A stretch of DNA of 64,000 nucleotides from Eledone cirrhosa (GCA_964016885.1 OZ024756.1:10974001-11038000); one strand, 5' to 3'; numbered from the stretch's first letter, positions 38,026-52,266 are shown. Program-made: numbers and translations. The notes: a model not told the origin generated them from the letters alone.

Positions 38026-38345
38026 ATATATGATAAATATATATATGTGTGTGTATGTATATATGTAGAGCTTGATATAGAGTACTCAGATGAGGAATTT
38101 ACCAAAATAACATGGAATAATTGTCAATTTAAACATTTTTTTTAGTTTGTTTTATTTATTATATAGTGTTTTCTTTATATTTGTGGGGAAGGGTTGTGTC
38201 ATTATTTCTGATTTATCATTTATCTAAATGTAGATTTAGCTTTTTTTAATATTTTGTTCTTAGTATTTTTTATTGATTATTTTTATTTTATTGATTATCT
38301 TTCTTGTATCTTAGTTGTTGTTAATTTTCATTATTTCCTTAATTA

Positions 38346-38540
38346 AGGGCGGTGGATTGGAAGTATCAGTAGAGAGTCGGACGCCATGCTTTGCAGCAAA
38401 GAGTTACGACCCTTTATGGTCTGAGTTCAAATCCCCCCAAGGTTAACTTTGCCTTTCATGCTTACGAGGTCGATGAAATAAAGTACCAGTAATACACTGG
38501 GGTATTTGTCGGTTTTGTGCCAAAAGTAGAAATAATTATT
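38346..38540 (+). mobile_element. Family B SINE, full length
   Basis: Head, B box, Nin-like core and tail all present. Confidence 0.85.
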
Positions 38541-38949
38541 TTCTTAATTATTTTTTATTGATTAGTTTTGTTGTTAATTTGTATTATCTTTCATTACTTT
38601 TTTATTGATTATTTTATATTATTGATTATTGTCATTTTATTATTTATTATCAAACATTTCTTTAATGTTGAAATTCATATTTTCAATTTTTTCTAATTTT
38701 TTAAAATTTTTAATTATATTTATTGATCTTTTATTGATTATTTTTATTGATTATTTTTATTATTTTTTTTATTGACTGATTTATTATTTTTATTTTATTA
38801 TATTATTTTATTGATTATTTTTATGGTTATTCTTTATTTTGTTGATATTTTTAATTTATTAGCAAACATTTCTCTAATGTAGAAATCCAGTTTGTCAAAT
38901 ATTTTTTTTTTCATATTTGCTGACTATAAATAAAATATTTATAAGTAAA

Positions 38950-39985
38950 TGTGTGTGTGTGTATGTGTGGCTATGTGTTTATGTGTGTGTGTGTGTGGAT
39001 GTGTGTGTGTGTGTGGCTATGTGTTTATGTGTGTGTGTGTGGATGTGTGGCTATGCGTTTATGTGTGTGTGTGTGTGGATGTGTGTGTGTGTGGCTACGT
39101 GTTTATGTGTGTGTGTGTGGATGTGTGTGTGTCTGTGTGGCTATGTGTTTATGTGTATGTGTGTGTGTGGATGTGTGTGTGTGTGGCTATGTGTTTATGT
39201 GTGTGTGTGTGTATGTGTGTGTGTGTGGCTATGCGTTTATGTGTGTGTGGATGTGTGTGTGTGTGGCGATTTGTTTATGTGTGTGTGTGTGTGTGTGTGT
39301 GGCTATGTGTATGTGTGTGTGGCTATGTGTATGTGTGTGTGGCTATGTGTATGTGTGTGTGTGTGGCTGTGTGTGGCTGTGTGTGGCTGTGTGTGTGTGT
39401 GTGTGTGGCTATATGTGTGTGTGTGTGTGTGTGGCTATGTGTGTGTGGATGAGTCTGAGTAGAAGGGTGATCATCACCATCATCATAATCCTCATGTTGG
39501 TCATCATCACCATGGTCACCACCATCACCATCACCACCATCACCATCACCACCATCACCATCACCACCATCACCATCATCATCACCACCACCATCACCAC
39601 CATCATCACCACCACCACCACCACCATCATCACCACCATCATCACCACCATCACCACCACCATCATCACCATCACCACCACCATCATCACCACCACCACC
39701 ACCATCATCACCATCACCATCACCATCATCATCATCACCATCATCATCATCACCACGATCACCACCATCACCACCACCATCACCATCATCACCACCACCA
39801 TCATCATCACCACCATCACCACCACCATCATCACCATCACCATCACCACCACCATCATCACCATCACCATCACCATCATCACCATCACCATCACCATCAT
39901 CATCACCACCACCATCACCACCATCACCACCATCACCACCACCATCACCACCACCACCATCACCACCACCATCACCACCACCATC

Positions 39986-40019
<34 letters not shown>

Positions 40020-40880
40020 CCATCACCATCATCATCACCACCACCATCACCACCACCACCACCACCACCACCATCACCACCACCATCACCACCATCACCA
40101 CCACCACCATCACCACCACCACCATCACCACCACCATCACCATCAGCACCATCACCATCATCATCATCATCATCAGCATCACCATCACCACCACCATCAC
40201 CACCACCATCACCATCACCACCACCATCACCATCATCACCACCACCATCACCATCACCACCACCACCATCACCATCATCACCATCACCACCATCACCACC
40301 ACCACCACCATCACCACCATCATCACCACCATCACCATCACCACCACCATCACCACCACCATCACCACCATCACCACCACCACCATCACCATCACCATCA
40401 CCACCATCATCATCACCATCACCACCATCACCACCATCACCACCATCACCACCATCACCATCATCATCATCAGCATCACCATCACCACCACCATCACCAC
40501 CACCATCACCACCATCACCATCACCACCACCATCACCATCATCATCATCATCATCATCACCACCATCACCATCACCACCACCACCACCACCATCACCATC
40601 ATCATCATCACCATCACCATCATCATCACCATCACCACCATCACCACCACCATCACCATCACCACCACCATCATCATCACCATCATCATCACCATCATCA
40701 CCACCATCACCATCACCACCATCACCACCACCACCACCATCACCACCATCACCACCATCACCATCATCACCATCATCATCACCATCATCATCAACATCAT
40801 CATCACCTTCATCTTCTTCCCAAACATCATCATCATCAACATCATCATCACCCTCCTCCTCCCCATCATTGACATCCTCA
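38950..40880. repeat. (GT)-rich minisatellite followed by a ~1.4-kb (CAT/CAC)n tract
   Basis: Direct reading; source of the spurious 653-aa and 505-aa ORFs. Confidence 0.95.
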
Positions 40881-41209
40881 TCATTGTTGATTTAACTTCT
40901 ATCTCCTTATAATATATAACCAGCAATTTCTCTGTCTGTCTGTCTGTCTGTCCGACAGTGGAAACACGTGCGCGCGTGCGAATGTTTTTTTGTGCACGTG
41001 TACAGAGAGAGTGAGATAGAAAGAAAGAGACAGACTACGAGAAGGGGATAGCAGGAGGGAGAGAGAGAGAGTGAATAGACGCTAAAACACGTGCGCGCGT
41101 GCGAATGTTTTTTGCGCACGCGTAGAGAGAGAGCGAGAGTGAAAGAAAGAGACAGACTACAAGAGGGGGATAGCGGGAGGGAGAGAGAGGGGGGGAATTG
41201 AGGAGTGCT

Positions 41210-41531
41210 ACAGAAACATATATACATTTCTGTGTGTGTGTAATATATATATATATACACACACAGAAATATATATATATATACACACAGAAATATATAT
41301 ACATTTCTGTGGGTGTAATATATATATATATATACACACACAGAAATATATATACATTTCTGTGTGTGTAATATATATATATATATACACACACAGAAAT
41401 ATATATACATTTCTGTGTGTGTAATATATATATATATATATACACATACAGAAATATATATACATTTCTGTGTGTGTAATATATATATATATATACACAC
41501 ACACAGAAATATATATACATTTCTGTGTGTG

Positions 41532-41574
<43 letters not shown>

Positions 41575-41600
41575 GAAATATATATACATTTCTGTGTGTG

Positions 41601-41633
<33 letters not shown>

Positions 41634-41788
41634 AACCAGTAAGACCCCGACAGCTGAGCTCAAGCCGTCGAAACAGCTTGAGCTCAGCTGTCGGGGTCCT
41701 ACTCGTTCCTATTACCCACTCTACTACCTCAGGTATTGAGTACTTTGGTGCGTTATGGTCCACCTGGTTCCTTACCACATTTCCTTCG

Positions 41789-41839
<51 letters not shown>

Positions 41840-41930
41840 CAGAAATATATATACATTTCTGTGTGTGTAATATATATATATATATACACATACAGAAATA
41901 TATATACATTTCTGTGTGTGTAATATATAT
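41210..41930. repeat. Palindromic (TA/CA) minisatellite ACACAGAAATATATATACATTTCTGTGTGT
   Basis: About 9 units with variable (TA)n, interrupted at 41631-41790. Confidence 0.85.
41631..41790 (-). mobile_element. Small hairpin-bearing insert in (TA)n, homologous to the CRE-like 3'UTR
   Basis: ~34-bp stem at 41632-41709. 41680-41745 resembles 26178-26243 (GAGCTCAGCTGTCGGGGTCCTA...CACTCTACTACC...GAGTAC). Confidence 0.6.
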
Positions 41931-41972
41931 ATATACTAGCAGAAAACCACACAGTAGGCGGTTTTCTGCTAG

Positions 41973-42914
41973 TCTATATATATATAAAACTGAGGATGTC
42001 TGTCTGTCTGTGTGTGTGTTAGTTTGAATCCCTAAAACTCGAGAACCACCCAACCGGCTCTTTTCAAACTTTACACATGTAATACTTATGTTTCAGGGAG
42101 TGTTTTGAGCAAAATAAATTTCAAATTTTCAATGCCCTAGGGATCGCATTAGGCGATTTAGCGATCTCTCTCTATAATTCTTAGTCTTTCTCTTTTTAGA
42201 TAGATACATACTTATAACGTCGCGCCCTTATAATATCTGTCTGTATGTCTGGCTGTTTGCATTACGTCACTTCCCTCAGGATGTCTGTCTGTGTGTGTGT
42301 GTCTGTGAGTTCGAATCCCTAAAACTCGAGAAGTACCCAACCGATGTTTTTCAAACTTTACATGTGTATTAGTTTTAGGGAGTGTTATGCACATTAAAAA
42401 ATTCAACTTTTTGATTTCCTAGGACCCGCATTAGGTGAAAAACTGCGTTTCTTAAGCTTTTTAGAGTCTTTTGAGGCATTACGTCAGACCGATTTCCTTG
42501 AAATTGTAATTATGTATTAGTTAGTCTCTTTTTCATACCCTGAGCAAAGAAAATCCAACTTTTTTATGGCCTAGGGCCCGCATTAGGTGAAAAACTTCAT
42601 TTATTCAGCTTTTTAGGGCTTTTTGGAGGTGTTACATCTAGCCGATTTTCCCGAAATTTCAAGGCATATTATGCACATAAAAAAAAATTCATTTTCTTGA
42701 TCCGCTAGGGCCTGCAGTAGGTGAAAACCTGCATTTTTCCTGCTTCATCGAGGAAAATCTTAAAGATTATCCAGTAAAATCTTAAAGATTATCACAGTGT
42801 TCGGTTTATTTTCTTTACATATTGTCCAGGCATGCAGTTTTTCCACGATTAGGTCTGTTGGCGGCCCGCCTTCCAAAATACCTTATCCCGTGCAACGCCA
42901 GGTACCACTGCTAG
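41973..42914 (+). mobile_element. Non-autonomous Helitron-like element
   Basis: 5' TC-TATATATATATAAAA followed by a (TGTC)n microsatellite; internal tandem duplications; 3' GC-rich CCCGTGCAACGCCAGG then CTAG|T; no TSD. Confidence 0.68.
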
Positions 42915-42984
42915 TATTATATAGATGAGACAAGTGATCTGTCACCCAGCATCATTCTCTTCCTTCTGATACACCATTGATAGT

Positions 42985-43530
42985 TGAGAGCCCCAAATAT
43001 TTAAATCCTCATCAATTCACGACTGTCTTTCTCCATATATAATCTCAAACATTCCCCAATCTGTGAGAGTCCCAAATATTTAAGTCATATCAATTCAGAG
43101 CTCTCTCTCTCTATATATATATATATGTCCAACATTCCCCAATCTGTGAGAGTCCCAAATCTTTAAATCCTCATCAATTGCCAGTTTTCTCTCCCCATAT
43201 ATATATGCTACATTCTCCAATCTGTGAGAGTCCCAAATCTTTAAATCCTCATCAATTCCCAGTTTTCTTTCTCCCTATATATGCTACATTCCCCAATCTG
43301 TGAGAGTCCCAAGTCTTTAAATCCTCATCAATTCCCAGCTTTCTTTCCCCATATATAAAAGCTACATTCCTCAATCTGTGAGAGTCCCAAATCTTTAAAT
43401 CCTCATCAATTCCCAGCTTCCTTTCCCCATATATAAAAGCTACATTCCCCAATCTGTGAGAGTCCCAAATCATTAATTCCTCATCAATTCTCAGCTTTCT
43501 CTCCTCATGTATAAGTGCAACATTCTCCAA
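42985..43530. repeat. ~78-bp minisatellite (~7 units)
   Basis: Recurrent CCAATCTGTGAGAGTCCCAAATCTTTAAATCCTCATCAATT. Confidence 0.88.
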
Positions 43531-43667
43531 CTTGAAAACCAAGTAACAAGAGAGCATGCAGGTTGTCACTCAACCAGCTAGAAATAGCAGACAAATTTTT
43601 ATATTTTATTATAATCCAACAATCTTAGAAAAGGAAAAGTTGAATTGGATAAAACAGTTTATATGTC

Positions 43668-45265
43668 TGTGAAGACATCCAAGGGCTTGGTGGTACTGTT
43701 TAAACCAGGTAAAGTGTGAAGACATCCAAGGGTTTGGTGGTACTGTTTAAACCAGGTAAAGTGTGAAGACATCCAAGGGTTTGGTGGTACTGTTTAAACC
43801 AGGTAAAGTGTGAAGACATCCAAGGGTTTGGTGGTACTGTTTAAACCAGGTAAAGTGTGAAGACATCCAAGAGTTTGGTGGTACTGTTTAAACCAGGTAA
43901 AGTGTGAAGACATCCAAGGGTTTGGTGGTACTGTTTAAACCAGGTAAAGTGTGAAGACATCCAAGAGTTTGGTGGTACTGTTTAAACCAGGTAAAGTGTG
44001 AAGACATCCAAGGGTTTGGTGGTACTGTTTAAACCAGGTAAAGTGTGAAGACATCCAAGGGTTTGGTGGTACTGTTTAAACCAGGTAAAGTGTGAAGACA
44101 TCCAAGAGTTTGGTGGTACTGTTTAAACCAGGTAAAGTGTGAAGACATCCAAGGGTTTGGTGGTACTGTTTAAACCAGGTAAAGTGTGAAGACATCCAAG
44201 AGTTTGGTGGTACTGTTTAAACCAGGTAAAGTGTGAAGACATCCAAGGGTTTGGTGGTACTGTTTAAACCAGGTAAAGTGTGAAGACATCCAAGGGTTTG
44301 GTGGTACTGTTTAAACCAGGTAAAGTGTGAAGACATCCAAGGGTTTGGTGGTACTGTTTAAACCAGGTAAAGTGTGAAGACATCCAAGGGTTTGGTGGTA
44401 CTGTTTAAACCAGGTAAAGTGTGAAGACATCCAAGGGTTTGGTGGTACTGTTTAAACCAGGTAAAGTGTGAAGACATCCAAGGGTTTGGTGGTACTGTTT
44501 AAACCAGGTAAAGTGTGAAGACATCCAAGAGTTTGGTGGTACTGTTTAAACCAGGTAAAGTGTGAAGACATCCAAGGGTTTGGTGGTACTGTTTAAACCA
44601 GGTAAAGTGTGAAGACATCCAAGGGTTTGGTGGTACTGTTTAAACCAGGTAAAGTGTGAAGACATCCAAGGGTTTGGTGGTACTGTTTAAACCAGGTAAA
44701 GTGTGAAGACATCCAAGAGTTTGGTGGTACTGTTTAAACCAGGTAAAGTGTGAAGACATCCAAGGGTTTGTTGGTACTGTTTAAACCAGGTAAAGTGTGA
44801 AGACATCCAAGGGTTTGGTGGTACTGTTTAAACCAGGTAAAGTGTGAAGACATCCAAGGGTTTGGTGGTACTGTTTAAACCAGGTAAAGTGTGAAGACAT
44901 CCAAGAGTTTGGTGGTACTGTTTAAACCAGGTAAAGTGTGAAGACATCCAAGGGTTTGGTGGTACTGTTTAAACCAGGTAAAGTGTGAAGACATCCAAGG
45001 GTTTGGTGGTACTGTTTAAACCAGGTAAAGTGTGAAGACATCCAAGGGTTTGGTGGTACTGTTTAAACCAGGTAAAGTGTGAAGACATCCAAGAGTTTGG
45101 TGGTACTGTTTAAACCAGGTAAAGTGTGAAGACATCCAAGGGTTTGGTGGTACTGTTTAAACCAGGTAAAGTGTGAAGACATCCAAGAGTTTGGTGGTAC
45201 TGTTTAAACCAGGTAAAGTGTGAAGACATCCAAGGGTTTGTTGGTACTGTTTAAACCAGGTAAAG
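43668..45265. repeat. 47-bp satellite (~34 near-identical units)
   Basis: Unit GTGTGAAGACATCCAAGRGTTTGGTGGTACTGTTTAAACCAGGTAAA. Confidence 0.97.
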
Positions 45266-45414
45266 GATTAAAGTAGGAGGAAACCTGTGACGAGGCAAGT
45301 AGATACTGGAAGGATCCTCAGAACTCCCACCGAGCAAGTGTTTCAGTCTTTCATTCTTCTTGACACTTTAAGAGAACTGAGGAGCCCACACAGGTCTCCC
45401 AGGTGTCCCCTTTC

Positions 45415-47832
45415 TGTAATTCTGGTCTCCTCCAGATATAAACCAGGGTAATTCTGGTCTCCTCCAGATATGTACCAGGATAATTCCAGTCCCCTCCAGA
45501 TATGAACCAGGGTAATTCCAGTCCCCTCCAGATATGAACCAGGGTAATTCCAGTCTCCTCCAGATATGAACCAGGGTAATTCCAGTCCCCTCCAGATATG
45601 AACCAGGGTTATTCCAGTCTCCTCCAGATATGAACCAGGGTAATTCCAGTCCCCTCCAGATATGAACCAGGGTTATTCCAGTCTCCTCCAGATATGAACC
45701 AGGATAATTCCAGTCTCCTGCAGATATAAACCAGGGTAATTCCAGTCTCCTCCAGATATAAACCAGGGTAATTCCAGTCTCCTCCAGATATAAACCAGGG
45801 TAATTCTAGTCTCCTCCAGATATGTACCAGGATAATGCCAGTCTCCTGCAGATATAAACCAGGGTAATTCCACTCTCCTCCAGATATAAGCCAGGGTAAT
45901 TCCAGTCTCCTCCAGATATAAACCAGAGTAATTCCAGTCTCCTCCAGATAGAAACCAGGGTAATTCCAGTCTCCTCCAGATATAAACCAGGGTAATTCCA
46001 GTCTCCTCCAGATATGAACCAGGGTAATTCCAGTCTCCTCCAGATATGTACCAGGGTAATTCCAGTCTCCTCCAGATAGAAACCAGGGTAATTCCAGTCT
46101 CCTCCAGATATAAACCAGGGTAATTCCAGTCTCCTCCAGATATGTACCAGGGTAATTCCAGTCTCCTCCAGATAGAAACCAGGGTAATTCCAGTCTCCTC
46201 CAGATATAAACCAGAGTAATTCCAGTCTCCTCCAGATAGAAACCAGGGTAATTCCAGTCTCCTCCAGATATAAACCAGGGTAATTCCAGTCTCCTCCAGA
46301 TATGTACCAGGGTAATTCCAGTCTCCTCCAGATAGAAACCAGGGTAATTCCAGTCTCCTCCAGATATAAACCAGAGTAATTCCAGTCTCCTCCAGATATA
46401 AACCAGGGTAATTCCAGTCTCCTCCAGATATGAACCAGGGTAATTCCAGTCTCCTCCAGATATAAACCAGGGTAATTCCAGTCTCCTCCAGATATGAACC
46501 AGGGTAATTCCAGTCTCCTCCAGATATGTACCAGGGTAATTCCAGTCTCCTCCAGATAGAAACCAGGGTAATTCCAGTCTCCTCCAGATATAAACCAGGG
46601 TAATTCCAGTCTCCTCCAGATATGAACCAGGGTAATTCCAGTCTCCTCCAGATATGTACCAGGGTAATTCCAGTCTCCTCCAGATAGAAACCAGGGTAAT
46701 TCCAGTCTCCTCCAGATATAAACCAGGGTAATTCCAGTCTCCTCCAGATATGTACCAGGGTAATTCCAGTCTCCTCCAGATAGAAACCAGGGTAATTCCA
46801 GTCTCCTCCAGATATAAACCAGAGTAATTCCAGTCTCCTCCAGATAGAAACCAGGGTAATTCCAGTCTCCTCCAGATATAAACCAGGGTAATTCCAGTCT
46901 CCTCCAGATATGAACCAGGGTAATTCCAGTCTCCTCCAGATATGTACCAGGGTAATTCCAGTCTCCTCCAGATAGAAACCAGGGTAATTCCAGTCTCCTC
47001 CAGATATAAACCAGGGTAATTCCAGTCTCCTCCAGATAGAAACCAAGGTTATTCCAGTCTCCTCCAGATATGAACCAGGATAATTCCAGTCTCCTGCAGA
47101 TATAAACCAGGGTAATTCCAGTCTCCTCCAGATATAAACCAGAGTAATTCCAGTCTCCTCCAGATATAAACCAGGGTAATTCCAGTCTCCTCCAGATATG
47201 AACCAGGGTAATTCCAGTCTCCTCCAGATAGAAACCAGGATAATTCCAGTCTCCTGCAGATATAAACCAGGGTAATTCCACTCTCCTCCAGATAGAAACC
47301 AGGGTAATTCCAGTCTCATCCAGATATGAACCAGGGTAATTCCAGTCTCCTCCAGATATGTACCAGGGTAATTCCAGTCTCCTCCAGATATGTACCAGGG
47401 TAATTCCAGTCTCCTCCAGATATGAACCAGGGTAATTCCAGTCTCCCCCAGATATAAACCAGGGTAATTCCAGTCTCCTCCAGATATGAACCAGGGTAAT
47501 TCCAGTCTCCGCCAGATATGTACCAGGGTAATTCCAGTCTCCTCCAGATATGTACCAGGGTAATTCCAGTCTCCTCCAGATATGAATCAGGGTAATTCCA
47601 GTCTCATCCAGATATGAACCAGGGTAATTCCAGTCTCCTCCAGATATGTACCAGGGTAATTCCGGTCTCCTCCAGATATGTACCAGGGTAATTCCGGTCT
47701 CCTCCAGATCTGAACCAGGGTAATTTCAGTCTCCTCCAGATCTGAACCAGGGTAATTCCAGTCTCCTCCAGATATTTACCAGGGTAATTCCAGTCTCCTC
47801 CAGATCTGAACCAGGGTAATTCCAGTCTCCTT
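45415..47832. repeat. 32-bp satellite (~75 units)
   Basis: Unit CCAGGGTAATTCCAGTCTCCTCCAGATATRWA. Confidence 0.97.
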
Positions 47833-48500
47833 TAGGCACAACAACTTGGGTGAAGGAGAAAGTTGATTATATCAACCCCAGTGGTTAACTAGTATTTAAT
47901 TAATTGACCCCAGAAAGATGAAAAACAAAGTTTACCTCAGCAGGATTTGAACTCAGAATGAAGAAAGTCATAACTTAATATCATACAGCCTTTTGTCTGC
48001 TAATCTACCGATTCTGCCAATCCACTGCTCATATATTCTATAATAATTATGACTTATGTATGTATATCAGTTTACTCAGCTGTAGAAATGAGATGATCAT
48101 TCCACTGAAAAGTGGACGTGTAGGCGCCACGGAAAAAAAAAAGCACCCAGCACTCCCTGTAAATGAGGTTGGTGTTAGGAAGGGCATCCAGCTGTAGAAA
48201 TCAAGCCAGAATCAGTTCCCATCCCACCCTTGCAAGCAGGGAAAAGCGCACGTAAAATGATGATGATCATGATGATGATATGTATGTATGTATGTATGTG
48301 TGTGGAGAGATAGAGAATGAGAGAATGGAAGTGAGAAAGGGATAGAGGAAGAATCAACACCAGTATTAGACTGGTATTTTTTTTATTGACCTTGAATGGA
48401 TAAAAGGCAAAGTTGACCTCAGCGAGATTTGAACTGAGAGAGGAGAGAGTTGGAATGAATACAAGACATTCTGTCTGGTGTTCTAACAACTCTAACAATT
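47833..48500. mobile_element. SINE cluster: diverged family B (-), partial family A (+), diverged family B (-)
   Basis: B cores at ~47900-47960 and ~48380-48440; A domain and tail at 48069-48278. Confidence 0.75.
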
Positions 48501-48539
48501 TGACATCTTTTATTGTAAACAATAGGCCTATGTAAATAT

Positions 48540-48908
48540 GTGTAATATTACACATTGATATAGTGTAATATTACACATTAATATAGTGTAATATTACACA
48601 TTGATATAGTGTAATATTACACATTAATATAGTGTATATATAGTGTATATATAGTGTACATATAGTGTATATATAGTGTATATAATGTATATATATAGTG
48701 TATATATAGTGTATATATAGTGTATATAATGTATATATATAGTGTATATATAGTGTGTATATAATGTATATATATAGTGTATATATAGTGTATATATAAT
48801 GTATATATAGTGTATATAATGTATATATATAGTGTATATATAGTGTATATATAGTGTATATAAAATGTATATATAATGTATATATAGTGTATATATAGTG
48901 TATATATA

Positions 48909-48956
<48 letters not shown>

Positions 48957-50205
48957 TATATATAATGTATATATCGTGTATATATATATATATAGTGTAT
49001 ATATAATGTACATATAGTGTATATATAATGTATATATAATGTATATATAATGTATATATAGTGTATATATATAGTGCATATATAATGTATATTTAATGCA
49101 TATATAGTGTATATATAATGTATATATAATGTATATATAATGTATATATAATGTATATATAATGCATATATAGTGTATATATAATGTATATATAATGTAT
49201 ATATAGTGTATATATAATGTATATATAATGTATATATTGTGTATATATAATGTATATATAATGTATAATATAAACATTATATATCATTATCATTATTATT
49301 ATCAAATCCCGCCGAGGTTAACTTTGCCTTTCATCCTTATGGGGTCGATAAAATAAAGTACCAGTAATGCACTGGGTAATTGCTGGCCTTGTGCCTAAAG
49401 TAGAAACAATTATTATTATTATATATAGTGTATATATAATGTATATATAATGTATATATAAATTATATATAGTGTATATATAATGTATATATAATGTATA
49501 TATAAATTATATATAGTGTATATATAATGTATATATAATGTATATATACATTATATATAGTGTATATATAATGTATATATAATGTATATATACATTATAT
49601 ATAGTGTATATATAATGTATATATAATGTATATATACATTATATATAGTGTGTATATAATGTATATATAATGTATATATACATTATATATAGTGTTTATA
49701 TAATGTATATATAATGTATATATACATTATATATAATGTATATATAGTGTATATATAGTGTGTATATAAATTATATATAGTGTATATATAATGTATATAT
49801 AATGTATATATAAATTATATATAGTGTATATATAATGTATATATAATGTATATATACATTATATATAGTGTATATATAATGTATATATAATGTATATATA
49901 CATTATATATAGTGTGTATATAATGTATATATAATGTATATATATATACATTATATATAATGTATATATACATTATTAATAATGTATATATAATGTATAT
50001 ATATATACATTATATATAATGTATATATACATTATTAATAATGTATATATAGTGAATATATACACTATATATACATTATATATAATGTATATATACATTA
50101 TATATACATTATATATATACTATATATAATTTATATATACATTATACATACATTATATATACGCTATATATATAGTGTATATATAATGTATGTATAATAT
50201 ATATA
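48540..50205. repeat. AT-rich compound microsatellite (TATATAGTG/TATATAATG) with a nested family B SINE at 49303-49415
   Basis: Direct reading. Confidence 0.92.
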
Positions 50206-50354
50206 TATGTTGCGATGTCATTGGCCCTCTTTAAGCAAGTATCATTATTGACTTATAAAAGATGTATCTGTGTATCACAATTTGATTGTTGGTTCAAGGT
50301 TTGTTGTAAAATTAGTCAACTGGGATTTGCTGACAACGCGGTGTTACTTAACAG

Positions 50355-51340
50355 GAACCACTGGGATGAAAATCAGTGTTGCGGAAACTGAGACCTTCAT
50401 CTTCTCAAGGAAACCTTTCCAGTGCACTCTACACGTAAATGGAGTCCCACTGAAGCAGGTAGAGAAGTTCAAGCATCTTGAGTAATGGGAGGCAGGAGGC
50501 TTTACTGCACCAGCTTCAGCAATCAGGGAAAAGGGAGGTTTGCGTCAAAGCCAAACTCACTATCTTCAATTGAGTATTTGTCCCAACCCTTACCCTACGG
50601 TCATGAATCTTGGGTAATGACTGAAAGAATACAATCGCAAATACAAATGGCTGAAATGGGGTTCCTCTGAAAGGTCTGTAGCGGTTGTCTCCCTTGTTTG
50701 GATTAACATCTAGACGGGAAGTAGAACTCTTTCTGTAACTTCCGGTCAGAACCCTATAAAACTAACAACTTTAAGTTCTCACTCTCTCATTTGCCTTCCG
50801 GCACCCTGGCCTTAGCCAGGCGTCCTCTGCCAGCCGCGTTTGCCTGGCAATCAAAACGACTAACTTTGTTTCATTCTATCATCTATTTCTTTGACATGAC
50901 ACCTATACTATCTACCATTGTTAATTAAATATTATACACACAAAACAATGTATTTCTTGTTACATTCATACAACCCAGTACTCTCGCTACAGGTCTTTGA
51001 AGTAATGTTACTAGAATAGAGTGTGAAGCTCAGAGATCAGAGCACCACTCACTCCAGGTAGAGCTGCTATACTTCCCCAAATTGAGACATCACAGCTCCG
51101 ATACTATGGGCTTGTAGTCAGAATGTCTCAGGAAAGAATCACTGGACAGATTTTACAGGCAAAACCAACCGGCGGGAGAACCAGGAGTAAACCCTGAGCA
51201 AGATAGTTGGATAACATCCATCAGCTTGGATGGTGTCGCTTGGGGATCCAGCTGGATCAATTGGAGATGGTTGCTTCTAACAGGACCTGCTGTAGGGGGT
51301 GTTTGAGGACCCTGCCCCCACAACCCTTTCAGGAATAGGT
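50355..51340 (+). pseudogene. Decayed RTE LINE 3' part interrupted by a solo LTR
   Basis: GMKISVAETE...NGVPLKQVEKFKHL, YGHESWVMTE...AEMGFL; LINE-like sequence resumes after 50995. Confidence 0.7.
50677..50991 (+). mobile_element. Solo LTR (315 bp, Gypsy-like 4-bp TSD)
   Basis: TGTAGCG...CGCTACA 7-bp IR; TSD GGTC at 50673-50676 and 50992-50995; TATAAAA at ~50756 and ATTAAA at ~50924. Confidence 0.85.
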
Positions 51341-51643
51341 GGGAGAAGAAAAAGGAAAAGGTTCAGGGAATTAATGACCAATTCTCTTTATTTTTGTGTC
51401 TTTACAGAAGATAGAAATGATAAAGCAATGTCTGTATAAATGGTATCCTTATAACAACATTATATATATAAAACAATGTATCTCTAGCAGTTGATCAATG
51501 AGAAGAGACTGTCTGTGTCATACATTTTTTTTTTGGGGGGGGGGGGGGGTCTTTGCTCATCCTTTTTATTCATTTTGTGTGATTTTAGCCACATGGAACT
51601 CTTTTTTTCAAATATATATATACATTTATATATGTGTGTGTGT

Positions 51644-51782
<139 letters not shown>

Positions 51783-51857
51783 TAGATCAGATGAGTTGAT
51801 AATACAACTATATAAGGCAGACATATATTCAAAGCTCAAATTTGATTATATTATCTA

Positions 51858-52012
51858 CAGAAGGGCACCCAGCTGTAGAAAGCAAGCCAAAATCAGTTCC
51901 TGCATGAGCAAGGCATGGTCAGCCGACCAGACACTGCCCACAACAGGACAACCCGTCTAACCCATGCTAGCATGGAAGAACGGACGTAAAACGGTGATGA
52001 TGATGATGATGA
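51858..52012 (+). mobile_element. V-like-domain SINE/LINE 3' end with (GAT)n tail
   Basis: AGAAGGGCACCCAGCTGTAGAAA...ACCCATGCTAGCATGGAAGAACGGACGTAAAACGGTGATGATG; a related copy lies at ~58560-58812. Confidence 0.7.
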
Positions 52013-52266
52013 CAGTAAGATTGGCAAGAGACAGTTCAGAGTTTAACCCTTGGGAGACATCAAGGCCAATCTATCAGCCAAAAATTGGAATAACGAAGAA
52101 GATGATTGGGCCAATCCGTCAGCCCAATAATACAAGCCTCAAGATTAGCTAGTTGGTCTTCGTACCAGCCAATCAGATTGCTACTCCCATTCTTGCACAT
52201 CTGGGCCTTTCAATGGCAGATTGCATCATAGATTGCTGTGTTCTGGGATTTATTTATCATGCACTA

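Noticed and set aside
38085-38120. Hammerhead-like CAGATGAG...CAAAA
   Set aside because: Both core boxes are mutated and no stems form.
38951-40926. 653-aa and 505-aa ORFs
   Set aside because: (GT)n and (CAT/CAC)n microsatellites that lack stop codons by composition.
43668-47832. CRISPR-like appearance of the 47-bp and 32-bp arrays
   Set aside because: Head-to-tail units with no unique spacers, no cas genes and a eukaryotic context.
51380-51460. Host exon after a polypyrimidine tract and CAG at ~51407
   Set aside because: No convincing donor site, coding signal or neighbouring exons.
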